DNA of 64,000 bases from Nannocystales bacterium. GTDB taxonomy: Bacteria; Myxococcota_A; Polyangia; Nannocystales; Nannocystaceae. The notes beneath the pieces were generated by a model that did no database searches, was not told the DNA's origin, and was given only the letters and a program-made list of their open reading frames with translations. Position numbers and translations under genes: made by a program. Of this stretch, positions 1 through 10,097 are shown one piece after another (the stretch's first letter is position 1; each line of letters begins with the position of its first letter). The stretch covers positions 160,001-224,000 of the forward strand of contig JBOEGF010000013.1 of NCBI GenBank assembly GCA_050633305.1, given 5' to 3'.

Positions 1-682
1 TGGGGGTCGCGGGTGCTTGCAGTACAACCTCACCGGGCGGCGACGGAGCGGCGGGTGCAGCAGCGGCTTCGGCAGCCGGAGCTGGAGCTGCTGCGGGCGT
101 TGGAGCTGCTGCGGGAGTTGGAGCCGGAACCGGGGCCGCCGCTGGAGCGGGGGCCGCCGCTGGAACGGACTCCTCAGCTTCGGGGGGGGCCGGTGGCGCC
201 GGTTCAGCTTCAACGGCCGCGGCGGGTGGTGCCTCCTCCGCAGTCGCGGGCGTCGTTTCGGCGGCCTCCTCACCTTCAGCCTCTTCCTCGCCTGCGGTGA
301 GGCGTTCGAGCCGACTCAGCAGTTCTGAGTAGTCCGCGTTACCTTCCTCGCCGGTCTCCTCGAGTCGTCCGAGAATCGCCCGGATGGCATCGACGGTTTG
401 AAGAAGCGCGTCGACAATTGCAGGCGTGGGCTTCAGCGTGCCGTCGCGTAGAAGCGAGAGCAGGTTCTCACCACGATGGGCGACGTGCTCGAGCTGCGTC
501 AGCCCAAGGAACCCGCAGGTGCCCTTGATCGTGTGGATTCCCCGGAAGATCGAGCCAAGAAGACCTGGCTCCGAGCTGCCCTGCTCCAGATCGAGAAGGT
601 CGGAGTCAATTCGGTCGAGGTTATCCTGGCTCTCGACCAGGAACTCCTTGACGACCTCGTCGAGTTCGCGAGAGACCGTCAT
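1..682 (-). CDS. cheA: Chemotaxis histidine kinase CheA, N-terminal part (Hpt domain plus Ala/Pro-rich linker); runs off window edge
   Basis: Manual translation from ATG at 682: MTVSRELDEVVKEFLVESQDNLDRIDSDLL...IFRGIHTIKGTCGFLGL (CheA P1 phospho-His motif), then a PAAAP-repeat linker. Not in the ORF track because no stop lies in the window. Confidence 0.9.
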   Translation of the reverse strand, partial: MTVSRELDEVVKEFLVESQDNLDRIDSDLLDLEQGSSEPGLLGSIFRGIHTIKGTCGFLGLTQLEHVAHRGENLLSLLRDGTLKPTPAIVDALLQTVDAIRAILGRLEETGEEGNADYSELLSRLERLTAGEEEAEGEEAAETTPATAEEAPPAAAVEAEPAPPAPPEAEESVPAAAPAPAAAPVPAPTPAAAPTPAAAPAPAAEAAAAPAAPSPPGEVVLQAPATP

Positions 683-1218
683 GACGCACCCGAACCTTCA
701 GCGTTCGCAGAGACAAGACCGCGACGGCCGTGATGATGGTGGCCGTCGTCGCCACCATCCGCTCCGCATGGGCTGCTCTGAGGTTCCATAGAAGCTTGTA
801 TTGTGCTGCGTCCCAACGCTTTCAACCTCTGATTGTGATCAGAACTACCCCTGCTGTCTCGATATCCGCCCCGCGCTGATCGGCGTGTGGACCGCCTGAC
901 CCCGCACCTCTCGAGGGCCAAGTCCCGCGTCCGCTCGAGGACCGGTCTGCTTTGCGTTTCAGTGTTCATCTCGTCAGCTTGCTTGGGTCGCGTTCGAACG
1001 CGGCAGGGAGTCGAGGCGCGGCAACAGGCCACGCCGGAGGCGGCGGCTGCGACACACTGGACGTTCGCGTCGGTATGACGGGGTCGTCCAGCATGGCCAT
1101 CCTGGCCAGCGCCGCAGCGCTACGTAGTTGTTTTTTCGGTCGACGACTGCTCCGCATCCGGAGTGTCGCTATCCAGGTCCGAGCCCCGAAGGGGTCGGAG
1201 ACATTCAGTACAAAACAA

Positions 1219-2172
1219 TCAGAACAACATCACATCGCCGACGTCGACCTGTTCTTCATCCAGTTCTTCTTCGGCGGAGTCGTCTTCCGACGACTCCTCA
1301 GGGAGCGGCGCGACCGCAGCGAGGATAGCCCCGGCCCCGGCGTCACCACCGTCAGTGCCCGCACTGACGAGAAGGGATTCAAACTCCTCCACGAGTCGCT
1401 GAACACGTGAGAGGCTCTGCGCCATCGGGTCCTGGAACTGCAGGTGCGAAAGCGCCTTCTGAGCCATGGCCAGGTTTGCATCCGCGCTCCGCTCGTTCTC
1501 TTCCAGCGCAAGCCGTTCCTGCTTGGACACGACGGCCTCGGCTGCTGTCAGTGCGGTGACGTGTTCGCGGAACACATCCCCAAACGCCTGGCTGTCCGTG
1601 ACGAGTTGCTCGGACCCGTTCGCCAGCAACGGCATGTCCTCTGCCAGCGTCTCGGCAAGTTCGGCGACACGGTCGTTCGCCGCCCGAACACTTCGGGCCA
1701 AATCCACCATTTCGTCCGCGAGGACCGCGAACGCGCGGCCTGCCTCTCCGAGTCGAGTTGCCTCGATCCGGGCGTTGAGGCTCAGGAACTTCGTGGTGTT
1801 GGCGATGTGGGCGATCTCGGTGGCGATGCCCACGATCTCCGACGACTTCGCCCGTGCCGAGTTCGCCCGTTGTTGCTGGGTCTGCAGCTGGCCGAGGATC
1901 TCCCCAAGGAACTTCTCGGTCGTGCCACGTTGGCGATCGACGAGTTGCATGACCGGGGAGTCGCCGCCTGAGCTGTCCATCGCAACTCGGGCAGCCTCGT
2001 TCGCTCCCCGAGATCCCTCGAGCACCTCCGTGACACAGCCTCCAATGATGAGCACGTTCTCCTCGCTATCGGAGATCGCCGCTCCCAAGCGCCGCGCGAT
2101 TTCTTCACGCCTCGCCGCAAAGTCGACACACAAGGAATCGAATACAGTCACCTTGTTTGCTTCCGCGCCCAC
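1219..2172 (-). CDS. Soluble methyl-accepting chemotaxis protein
   Basis: Signalling hairpin IANTTKFLSLNARIEATRLGEAGRAFAVLADEM; LQFQD motif; no TM segments; acidic tail ending GDVMLF. GTG start at 2172 follows GGAG. Confidence 0.88.
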   Translation of the reverse strand: MGAEANKVTVFDSLCVDFAARREEIARRLGAAISDSEENVLIIGGCVTEVLEGSRGANEAARVAMDSSGGDSPVMQLVDRQRGTTEKFLGEILGQLQTQQQRANSARAKSSEIVGIATEIAHIANTTKFLSLNARIEATRLGEAGRAFAVLADEMVDLARSVRAANDRVAELAETLAEDMPLLANGSEQLVTDSQAFGDVFREHVTALTAAEAVVSKQERLALEENERSADANLAMAQKALSHLQFQDPMAQSLSRVQRLVEEFESLLVSAGTDGGDAGAGAILAAVAPLPEESSEDDSAEEELDEEQVDVGDVMLF

Positions 2173-2191
2173 AACAACTCCAACACTCAGC

Positions 2192-2554
2192 TCAGGCCGC
2201 GAGTTTCTTGGCCGCGGCGACCAGAGCCTCGGCCTTGAACGGCTTGACGATCCACCCACATGCTCCGGCCGCCCGCGCTCGCTTGATCAGCGCGGGATCG
2301 CCCTCCGTGGTCAGCATCACGACGTTGAGGTCCGAACGGACCGCTTTCGCCTGCTCGACCATGTCCAGGCCGTTCATCCGCGGCATGTTCACATCTGACA
2401 CCACGAGGGCGATGTCGGAGAGCTCGGTGATTTTCTCGAGCCCGTCCTGGCCGTCGACGGCTTCGATAATGTCGAAGCCCACGGCTTTCAGTGCCATGCT
2501 GACCTGCTGGCGAACGGTTGCAGAGTCATCCACTACTAGAATTTTTTTTCCCAT
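2192..2554 (-). CDS. CheY-like single-domain response regulator
   Basis: ILVVDDS, SDVNMPRMNG, MLTTE, WIVKPF receiver motifs; 120 aa. Confidence 0.93.
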   Translation of the reverse strand: MGKKILVVDDSATVRQQVSMALKAVGFDIIEAVDGQDGLEKITELSDIALVVSDVNMPRMNGLDMVEQAKAVRSDLNVVMLTTEGDPALIKRARAAGACGWIVKPFKAEALVAAAKKLAA

Positions 2555-2580
2555 TGTTCGTTCTCCTCAGAAACACGTGA

Positions 2581-3120
2581 TTAGAAAAGGAAACACTCGC
2601 CTTCTTGGCCGGTCTCTTCGCCTTCTTCTTGCGGCAGCTCAATCAAGTCGATGCTGCCGTCGGTCCGAACGTCGCAGGACACGGTGCAGGTAGCATCGCC
2701 GCATAGAAATGCAGCCACGCGAGTTGCGCAAGCAGAGGCCAGCGACAGGCCGGTTTCGCTCACAGCGACCACCGGGGTTCCCATGCCGACCTTGTGGCCG
2801 TAGCGGATCAGTTGGTTCTTCGTACGACCGACCAGCTGGTTGCAAAGCTCTCCCACCCAGTCGCGCAGCTCAGCGTCGGTCGGTTTGGGACTCTTTTGCG
2901 GGTGTGTCGCGAGAGCGATCGATGCCGGGACCGTCAGGCAGACGGAGCCCCGGATCTGATCCCCGCTGTACCCAATGATGCTCACCAGCGAGGACTTGTC
3001 GATGTCCATCGACTCCGCCCGCGAGTGGCCGGAAAGTGTCACTTCGACACCGTACCCATCGATGAGGTCGAGAGTCGCCTCTTCGAGGATCTTTCCAAAG
3101 ACTTCTTGTGCGTTGCCCAT
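2581..3120 (-). CDS. cheX: CheX-family phosphatase
   Basis: IIGYSGDQIRGSVCL and DWVGELCNQLVGR (E-x2-N catalytic motif); adjacent to cheY; ATG at 3120. Confidence 0.82.
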   Translation of the reverse strand: MGNAQEVFGKILEEATLDLIDGYGVEVTLSGHSRAESMDIDKSSLVSIIGYSGDQIRGSVCLTVPASIALATHPQKSPKPTDAELRDWVGELCNQLVGRTKNQLIRYGHKVGMGTPVVAVSETGLSLASACATRVAAFLCGDATCTVSCDVRTDGSIDLIELPQEEGEETGQEGECFLF

Positions 3121-3436
3121 ACGTCTGCTTCTCCGAGGGCGCGGCTCGATGCCGTCGTGCCCCACGAACTTCATCGCGCAGAGGCCGGGAAAATACAGTG
3201 GTCGAATGGGCCGCGAGTTTGGGTGCCGGCCCGGCCCGGGACACCTAGGCCCGGACCTGCACTGGTGACATCTGCCAGTTGGCCGATGAAGGTGGAGCAG
3301 GCCTCTGGCTTGCCATAGGCATCCTCGTGGATCACCGCACCATCGCAGACCTCTTCGGAGGAACCGGGCACCTGCTGCCGCAGGGCAGAGGGTCTGGGCG
3401 TGTGGGTGGGGGTCTCTCTGATACCAACCCATCACC

Positions 3437-4174
3437 GTGCAAACCGCAACAGCGCACGCACGCTGCGCCCACGAAAGGGTGCGAACCGCAGTGAAGACAC
3501 CACACACAACCCGCTTCGAGCCGGGTCAGCACCAGATCGCTGGGCGGGGTGGACCTCCGCCTGGTCGCTGGAAGGGCGGATGGAACGAACGAATCGCATA
3601 CGCCGTCGCGGCCGTATGGGTTGCCGTGTTCCTCACCGTCGGCGCCACGCTGACCGTCGGCCACTTCTACACACTCCCCCGACCGGACACCTCGGACCCT
3701 GCCGTCGCCGACGCGTTGAACTCGATGCGCGACCAGGATCAGGTCGAGGCCTGGCTAGCGGTCCATATCCTTTATGCAGATTGCCGCTGCTCGCAGCGGA
3801 TCTTTGAACACCTTCGCCTCGATGCGAGACCTTCGGATGTCGTTGAAAAGGTCCTGCTCGTCGGAGGAAGCGAGACGCTGAAGCAGCAACTCGCCGACGC
3901 CGGCTTCGAGGTCATTTCACTGAAGCGAGAGGAACTCGCTGAACGCTACGGGCTTACCGCAGCACCCCTCTTTGCCGTGCTCGACCCCAGCGGAACGCTC
4001 CGATACCTCGGCGGCTACACGGGTCGTAAGCAGGGTCTCGACGTCCGTGACACCAAAATCCTGGCGCAGCTCCGCGATGAGCAGCTCGTTGACGAGCTGC
4101 CTCTATTCGGCTGTGCCGTCGCCCAAGAACTCCAAGAACTCCTGGACCCGCTGAGTATCAAGTACGAAAAGTGA
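3437..4174 (+). CDS. Membrane-anchored thioredoxin-fold protein, RedB-like
   Basis: N-terminal TM (IAYAVAAVWVAVFLTVGATL), ADCRCS motif, LRYLGGYT and LPLFGCAV segments resembling Myxococcus RedB-type proteins; start uncertain. Confidence 0.65.
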   Translation: MQTATAHARCAHERVRTAVKTPHTTRFEPGQHQIAGRGGPPPGRWKGGWNERIAYAVAAVWVAVFLTVGATLTVGHFYTLPRPDTSDPAVADALNSMRDQDQVEAWLAVHILYADCRCSQRIFEHLRLDARPSDVVEKVLLVGGSETLKQQLADAGFEVISLKREELAERYGLTAAPLFAVLDPSGTLRYLGGYTGRKQGLDVRDTKILAQLRDEQLVDELPLFGCAVAQELQELLDPLSIKYEK

Positions 4175-4183
4175 GAACACGCC

Positions 4184-6184
4184 ATGTTTCAAAAAATCCT
4201 ACAAGCGGTGAATCTTCCCCAGGAGATCACGAACTTCGAACAAGACTACCTTCAGAGGATGAACCGCATTGGACTGATGTTCTTTGTGGCGCACGTCCCG
4301 GTCTTCGCCGCGGTTGCGTTCTTCAATGAGACAGGAGTCGGCCTCGCACTTGCGCTAACCTTGGGCGCACTGATCGGCCCCACGCTCGCCTACTTCACGT
4401 TCTCGAACCCCCGAAACGTCTCGGTCGTTCACGGGTTCACATCGATGGTCATGGGCGCGCTCTTGGTCCACTTCGGACAGGGCCCTGTCCAGATCGAGAT
4501 GCACTTCTACTTCTTCGTGCTGCTCGCTCTGCTCGCCGTCTTCGCGAACCCCAGAGCGATCATTGTCGCGGCCGCGACGGCAGCCGTTCACCACCTTGGT
4601 CTGTGGATGTGGCTGCCGACGAGTATCTTCAACTACGACGCTCCGGTCTGGGTCGTGGCGATCCACGCTGGCTTCGTCGTCCTCGAGTCGGTCGCCGCGT
4701 GCTTCATCGCGAGGAGCTTCTTCGACAACGTGATTGGCCTGGACAAGATCGTCCAGAAGCGAACCGCCGAGGTCGACCAACGCAACCGCGACATGCGAGT
4801 CGTGTTGGACAACGTCCATCAAGGCCTCTTGACCGTCTCCGCTGAAGGCGTCGTCGCTCCTGAGTACTCCGCGCGCGTCTCCGAGTGGTTCGGTGACGTG
4901 CCGGTTGGAACGACCATCTCCGAGCTCGTCGCCGGAAAGTCGCCCAAGGCAGGGGAGCTGTTCGAGATCGGCTGGGACCAGGTACAGATGGGCTTCATGC
5001 CCCCCGAGGTCACGCTCGACCAGATGCCCAAGCGCGTTGAGGTCGACGGAAAGGTACTCGAGTTCGGGTTCCGGTCCGTGGGTTCGGACCCCGAGGTGGT
5101 CGAGCGAGCTCTCATCGTGATCACCGACCGCACGGCGGAGCTGGCGGCACAGGCGACCGAGGCCGCGCAACGCGAGACGCTTCAAGTCTTCGAACGCGTC
5201 ATGGCCGACAAGACCGGTTTCTTGGAGTTCTTCGACGAAGCCAACGAGATCGTCTCCGCGGTCGTGGCGGGGAGCATCGAAGACACCGCCGTCTTCCAGA
5301 GAGCCCTGCACACCCTCAAGGGCAACGCCGCAATCTTCCAGATCAACACGGTGGCCGACATCTGTCACGCGATGGAGGACCGCCTTGTGGACGACGGAGA
5401 ACGCCCCTCGCAAGAGCAGGTCGACTTGCTGGCGGAGCGCTGGGAGGGTCTCAAGACGAACCTCGACACACTCCTTGGCAACCGCCGTCGCTCGATCGTC
5501 GAGGTCGAAGACGCCGACTTCGAAGGTCTGCTGTCTGCCGTCTTGGGAGACGCCAAGCGCGAGGACCTCGCCGCACGGATCGCGGGCTGGAAGTACGAGC
5601 CTGCAACACGACGACTCGTCGGGATCGCAGACAAGGCGCGCCGAGTCGCTCGACGCCTCAACAAGGAGAACGTCGAGATCGACGTGGAGGCCGGCGAGCA
5701 CCTGCTCGACCCTGCACGGTGGTCGGGATTCTGGGCTTCCTTCATTCACGTCATCCGCAACGCCATCGACCACGGTATCGAGTCCAGCGAGGATCGCATC
5801 GCTGCTGGAAAGTCTGCGGAGGGGCACGTGGTCCTGCGCAGCTACGTCGAGCGTGACGAGCTCGTCGTCCAGGTCCAGGATGATGGCCGCGGCGTCGACT
5901 GGGAGCGGGTCAAGAAGAAGGCAGAAGCGGCCGGCATCGGCCACAGCACCCAAAGCGACCTTGTCACGGCACTGTTCGCGGACGGCATCTCCACCAAGGA
6001 CGAGGTCACCCAGATCTCGGGCCGCGGCGTAGGCATGGCAGCGGTTCGTGCCGCATGCATCGAGCGCCAAGGTCGGGTCGAGATCCACAGCCAAAGCGGC
6101 TCGGGCACGACGGTGGAGTTCCGCTTCCCCGCCGCCGAAATGGCTCCGTCTCCAACGGAGCTGTACAACAAGATCGCCGCCTAA
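4184..6184 (+). CDS. Membrane sensor kinase: His-rich multi-TM domain, PAS-like domain, Hpt, CheA-type HATPase, no CheW domain
   Basis: About 5-6 hydrophobic helices with IEMHFYFF, AVHHLG, AIHAGFV; ALHTLKGNA (Hpt); IRNAIDHGIE, DDGRG, ISGRGVGM (CheA-type ATP lid); ends right after HATPase. Confidence 0.88.
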   Translation: MFQKILQAVNLPQEITNFEQDYLQRMNRIGLMFFVAHVPVFAAVAFFNETGVGLALALTLGALIGPTLAYFTFSNPRNVSVVHGFTSMVMGALLVHFGQGPVQIEMHFYFFVLLALLAVFANPRAIIVAAATAAVHHLGLWMWLPTSIFNYDAPVWVVAIHAGFVVLESVAACFIARSFFDNVIGLDKIVQKRTAEVDQRNRDMRVVLDNVHQGLLTVSAEGVVAPEYSARVSEWFGDVPVGTTISELVAGKSPKAGELFEIGWDQVQMGFMPPEVTLDQMPKRVEVDGKVLEFGFRSVGSDPEVVERALIVITDRTAELAAQATEAAQRETLQVFERVMADKTGFLEFFDEANEIVSAVVAGSIEDTAVFQRALHTLKGNAAIFQINTVADICHAMEDRLVDDGERPSQEQVDLLAERWEGLKTNLDTLLGNRRRSIVEVEDADFEGLLSAVLGDAKREDLAARIAGWKYEPATRRLVGIADKARRVARRLNKENVEIDVEAGEHLLDPARWSGFWASFIHVIRNAIDHGIESSEDRIAAGKSAEGHVVLRSYVERDELVVQVQDDGRGVDWERVKKKAEAAGIGHSTQSDLVTALFADGISTKDEVTQISGRGVGMAAVRAACIERQGRVEIHSQSGSGTTVEFRFPAAEMAPSPTELYNKIAA

Positions 6185-6962
6185 GTCGTCGATGACACTG
6201 CCGGGCCTCGCAGCCAACCGCTGCGTCGCCCGGCAGTTCTAATTCTCCAGGCTCCCCATCAACGGGAGGAGCCCCGCCGAACGCCCAGCGACCCGACGGC
6301 CAGGACAAGGCCACGGAGCCCGCGTGGTGAGGACCGGCGGGGCCGGGTTCGTCTCTCCGAGACGGCGCACCGCATGAGATGAAGCGGTCGAAAGCAGAGC
6401 GGGAGGGTGAGAACCTTCGAGCTCTGCTTCGGCCGTTCTCCCGGTGAGGCACTCGAGGAGTCGGCCAAGCTTGGACTCCGCCGTACAACCGAGTGACGCG
6501 CTCGACCCAACTTGGCGCTCAACAACGCGGGGAGGGGCCGGAACGTCGCAGACCTCTTATCGCCTCGATGTTGAGTCGGGAGTGCCGCCTCTCACAACCC
6601 CCCGTCACCGTCTCGGGGGCGAAGGATCTCTGCGAATCCGCACCGGGCCCTCCGTCACGAGACGCGTGCGGCCCCCCGAGGCAGACACCCGTCGGCCCCA
6701 AGCACGAGAGCACCGGTACGTGGCGCAACGGGAACCTGCAGCTCTTCCCTCCGGTACGCAGAGCAGCGTTGCACGTCGCTTCACGCGGATCTATCTCCTC
6801 AGGACGCACCTGCGCGGGCTGACCCCCTGCGCACCAACGAACGAAGACAGGAGCGCGAGTCGTCGTTCCCGACGAGTTCGCACTCCTGCCTTCGTTCGTG
6901 TCCCGATCGGAGCCGGGGTTGCTTTCGCAGCGGGGTTCGGCCGGCCGCGAGGGGTCTTCGTT

Positions 6963-7430
6963 CTAGGCGGCGAAGAGGGTCACGGTACCGTCGCCGTACC
7001 CGCCAACTTCGAAGCCGAAGCTCTCTCGAGACGAAGAAGCCTTGATGAACGCCTTGATGTCCTCGGGCGCCTTCCCGTAGTCCGCCGTCGTATACCGGCA
7101 GTGAGGTCTCTCCGGCGTGTTGAACAGCCGACTGAGAACGTTGAGGACCTCTCCAAATGCCTCTGTCAGCTCCTCCGGGAGCTCGTCTGCGCCCTTGGCA
7201 TCGTTGGCGACAGCGGCCGGCAGCATCATGATCGCCGCGCCCGTGTAGCACACGAATGGCGCGTCGGCGGAGACGACCGCGACCAAGTCTCCTTTGTCAT
7301 CCACGAACCGGCCGTACACAACCGAGCTCTTGTAGACCTGCTTGGAGAACTTCTTCGCGGAGGCCGAGCACGGTTTCTCGAACAGTCGTCCGAGCAGCTG
7401 ATGAACGTTGATGGCGTCGTTGTTCATCAT
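6963..7430 (-). CDS. CheX/CheC-like protein
   Basis: EAFGEVLNVLSRLFN (E-x2-N); overlaps upstream cheY-like gene by ATGA. Confidence 0.6.
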   Translation of the reverse strand: MMNNDAINVHQLLGRLFEKPCSASAKKFSKQVYKSSVVYGRFVDDKGDLVAVVSADAPFVCYTGAAIMMLPAAVANDAKGADELPEELTEAFGEVLNVLSRLFNTPERPHCRYTTADYGKAPEDIKAFIKASSSRESFGFEVGGYGDGTVTLFAA

Positions 7431-7804
7431 GCCGCAGCTCCAATCAATGGCTCGAGGGCAAACCGAACGTCATCCCCGTCGAAGGGCTTGACGATGAAAC
7501 GGTTGGCACCGGCTTCGTTCGCCTTCAGACGCATCTCTTCGGTGCACTCCGTGGTGACAAACACGAACGGGATGCGAGACCCATCTGCGCGCACGTTCTG
7601 GAGGAAGCCGTACCCGTCCATATTCGGCATGTTCCAGTCCGAGAGGATGAGATCGAAGCTGCCATCGCCAGCCACGAACGCCTTGTAGGCCTCCGCACCG
7701 TCGCACGCTTCGGTGATTTCTGCGTTTCCATAGCCAGCCTGCCGCAACCCGCGACGGACCAACATCCGCATTACCCTGCTATCATCTGCAACGAGGATCT
7801 TCAT
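7427..7804 (-). CDS. CheY-like response regulator
   Basis: ILVADDS, LSDWNMPNMDG, FVTTE, FIVKPF. Confidence 0.92.
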   Translation of the reverse strand: MKILVADDSRVMRMLVRRGLRQAGYGNAEITEACDGAEAYKAFVAGDGSFDLILSDWNMPNMDGYGFLQNVRADGSRIPFVFVTTECTEEMRLKANEAGANRFIVKPFDGDDVRFALEPLIGAAA

Positions 7805-7958
7805 CGTTCTTTCGTTCTCCTTCTGGCCTCCCCGCGGTCATCGGCGGCAGCAGCGAGATTCTTGAGCCTTTCAGGCGGCCCGGTGAGAGCCGCTTCGTCG
7901 GAGAACGCCGTACTTCGCGCAAGCTCGCCAAGGCCGGCAGTGGTGCTACCTTCGGGCC

Positions 7959-8915
7959 GTGGACGTGCCGGTCATCGACCCCACCCTCGACCTCGAAGAT
8001 GAGATCCAGCGGCTCCGTAAGGAGCGCAACGCTGTCATTCTCGCCCACTACTACCAGGAGTCCGAGATTCAGCACCTCGCCGACTTCATCGGCGACTCCC
8101 TGCAGCTCGCTCGGGCGGCACGGGACACCTCTGCCGATGTCATCGTTTTTTGCGGCGTGCACTTCATGGCCGAGACCGCCAAGATCCTCAACCCGGATCG
8201 AACAGTGCTGTTGCCAGATCTCGAGGCCGGGTGCTCACTCGCCAGCGGATGTCCCGGCGATCGTTTCCGCGCGTGGCGGGCCAAGCACCCCGACGCCGTC
8301 GCCATCAGCTACATCAACTGCTCCGCCGAGGTGAAGGCGGCCAGCGATCTCATCTGCACTTCGTCCAACGCGGTGAAGATGGTCGAGTCGGTGCCCGCCG
8401 ACCAAGAGATCCTTTTCGCGCCCGACAAGAACCTCGGGCGCTGGCTCATCAAGGAAACCGGCCGTGACATGACGTTGTGGCAGGGCACGTGCATCGTCCA
8501 CGAGACCTTCAGCCATCGAAAGCTGATCGGCCTCAAGGCGCGACATCCAAACGCCAAGATCATCGCCCATCCCGAGTGCGAGGACCACGTCTTGAACATG
8601 GCGGACTTCGTCGGCAGCACCAGCCGCCTGCTCGAGTACGCAACAACCTCCGAGTTCACCGAGTTCATCGTCGCAACCGAGGCCGGCATCATCACGCAGA
8701 TGGAGCTCAAGGCCCCCGACCGCACGTACATCCCGGCCCCCCCCGAGGCCAACTGCGCCTGCAACGAGTGCCCCTACATGCGGCTCAACACCTTGGAGAA
8801 GCTCTACCTTTGCCTCCGAGACATGACGCCCGAGCTCACCATGCCAGAAGAGTTGCGACTCGCAGCAAAGAAGCCCATGGACCGCATGCTCGAACTCTCC
8901 GCAGCGGTGAAGTAG
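7959..8915 (+). CDS. nadA: Quinolinate synthase A
   Basis: [49 protein letters not shown] Fe-S motifs. Confidence 0.97.
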   Translation: MDVPVIDPTLDLEDEIQRLRKERNAVILAHYYQESEIQHLADFIGDSLQLARAARDTSADVIVFCGVHFMAETAKILNPDRTVLLPDLEAGCSLASGCPGDRFRAWRAKHPDAVAISYINCSAEVKAASDLICTSSNAVKMVESVPADQEILFAPDKNLGRWLIKETGRDMTLWQGTCIVHETFSHRKLIGLKARHPNAKIIAHPECEDHVLNMADFVGSTSRLLEYATTSEFTEFIVATEAGIITQMELKAPDRTYIPAPPEANCACNECPYMRLNTLEKLYLCLRDMTPELTMPEELRLAAKKPMDRMLELSAAVK

Positions 8916-8937
8916 CCTAGGCAGCGCCCGCCGCGAG

Positions 8938-10002
8938 TCAAAGCCCGACGAGCCGCCACACGCGGTTCGTCGGTTCGCGCTTTGCGTTCAGTCCGCCGAC
9001 CAAGACCAAGTCGCCTTCCACGTTGACCAAGCCACGGTGATCCATCGAGGGCTCGGGCAGCGGCGGAAGATCGACCCACCGCTTGGCCGCCACATCCCAT
9101 GCAAACGCCGTGTTCGTGGGCGCTGCGGGTGTGCCGTCGTATCCGAGCCCGTCGTAGTTGTAAGGATTGTCCGTGCCGCCCGCGAAGACCACCAACCCCT
9201 TGGCCGCTCCAGCCGCCATGCGGTAGCGAGCAACCCCGGGGTGCGGCGGGACAGACCGCCATTCGATCGCCCCCACGTCGTCGCCGAACTGTCCGAGATA
9301 ACACCCGGCATTCGCGACGAACGAGCGCCTCGCCTCACCGCTGGCGGGCACGACACGAACACCGTCGCAATACACGAGCGTGTCGTTCCACATCGCCCCC
9401 GCGTGACCGAACACCGCAGCTCCGGGGATCGGCGTGCCCTCGTGCCAAGACCCATCCTCGAGATCCAGAAGCTGCACGTCCGAGACGTTGTCGTCGTTGG
9501 ACCAGCCGCTGACCAAGACAACCCAGCGGTTGCGCCACACGGAAGCGACAGCGTCGTCGACCGGGATCGGCATCACCGGACCCACCGACCATGCCCCGCT
9601 CGACACGGACCACACATCGATTCCAGGCCGCGAGACCTCGGTGTGGTCTGCGCCGACGGTGTAGCCGCCGATGAGCAACAATCGGTCATCGATGCCCAGC
9701 GCAACCGAGGCGAGGCGTCCTGGCCCGGGTACTGCCGGGAGTGGCCTCCAACCCGAGGTGCCCAGGCTCCACGCATCCGAGACCACATCGGACCACAGCT
9801 TGCCGGGCGCGAGACCCAAGGCCGACACGACGGCAACCCCGGTCGGTGTGAGCACGGCCGCCACGGCGTTGTTCGAACGCGCCACTGGCAAGGCCGGCAT
9901 TCGCTCCCAGCGTGGAGCCTGCGAAGTCGCCGGGCTCCGGGGCGCATGAGCACAGCTCCCAACCAACACTGCGAACGAAGCGACAAGAAGCGAACGGCGC
10001 AT
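8938..10002 (-). CDS. Kelch-repeat (beta-propeller) lipoprotein
   Basis: Signal peptide with LVGSC lipobox; repeated LLLIGG/VVFAGG/LVLVGG...W...P kelch units. Confidence 0.8.
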   Translation of the reverse strand: MRRSLLVASFAVLVGSCAHAPRSPATSQAPRWERMPALPVARSNNAVAAVLTPTGVAVVSALGLAPGKLWSDVVSDAWSLGTSGWRPLPAVPGPGRLASVALGIDDRLLLIGGYTVGADHTEVSRPGIDVWSVSSGAWSVGPVMPIPVDDAVASVWRNRWVVLVSGWSNDDNVSDVQLLDLEDGSWHEGTPIPGAAVFGHAGAMWNDTLVYCDGVRVVPASGEARRSFVANAGCYLGQFGDDVGAIEWRSVPPHPGVARYRMAAGAAKGLVVFAGGTDNPYNYDGLGYDGTPAAPTNTAFAWDVAAKRWVDLPPLPEPSMDHRGLVNVEGDLVLVGGLNAKREPTNRVWRLVGL

Positions 10003-10097
10003 GCGAATGCTCCCGGCATACGCGACGCGTCCCAGCCACACAACTATGGCCGGAACCCCGCCGAAGATCGGCCGAGCCCAGGGCACTCGGGTCCGAA

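Noticed and set aside
679..1157. Small ORFs between MCP and cheA (679-1032, 966-1157)
   Set aside because: Low-complexity with no motifs; a short His-containing peptide overlapping the cheA start cannot be excluded but is unsupported.
4355..6217. 620-aa minus-strand ORF
   Set aside because: Antisense shadow of the sensor kinase.
6444..7688. 414-aa plus-strand ORF
   Set aside because: Arg/Pro-rich with no motifs, and overlaps the cheY/cheX-like pair on the other strand.
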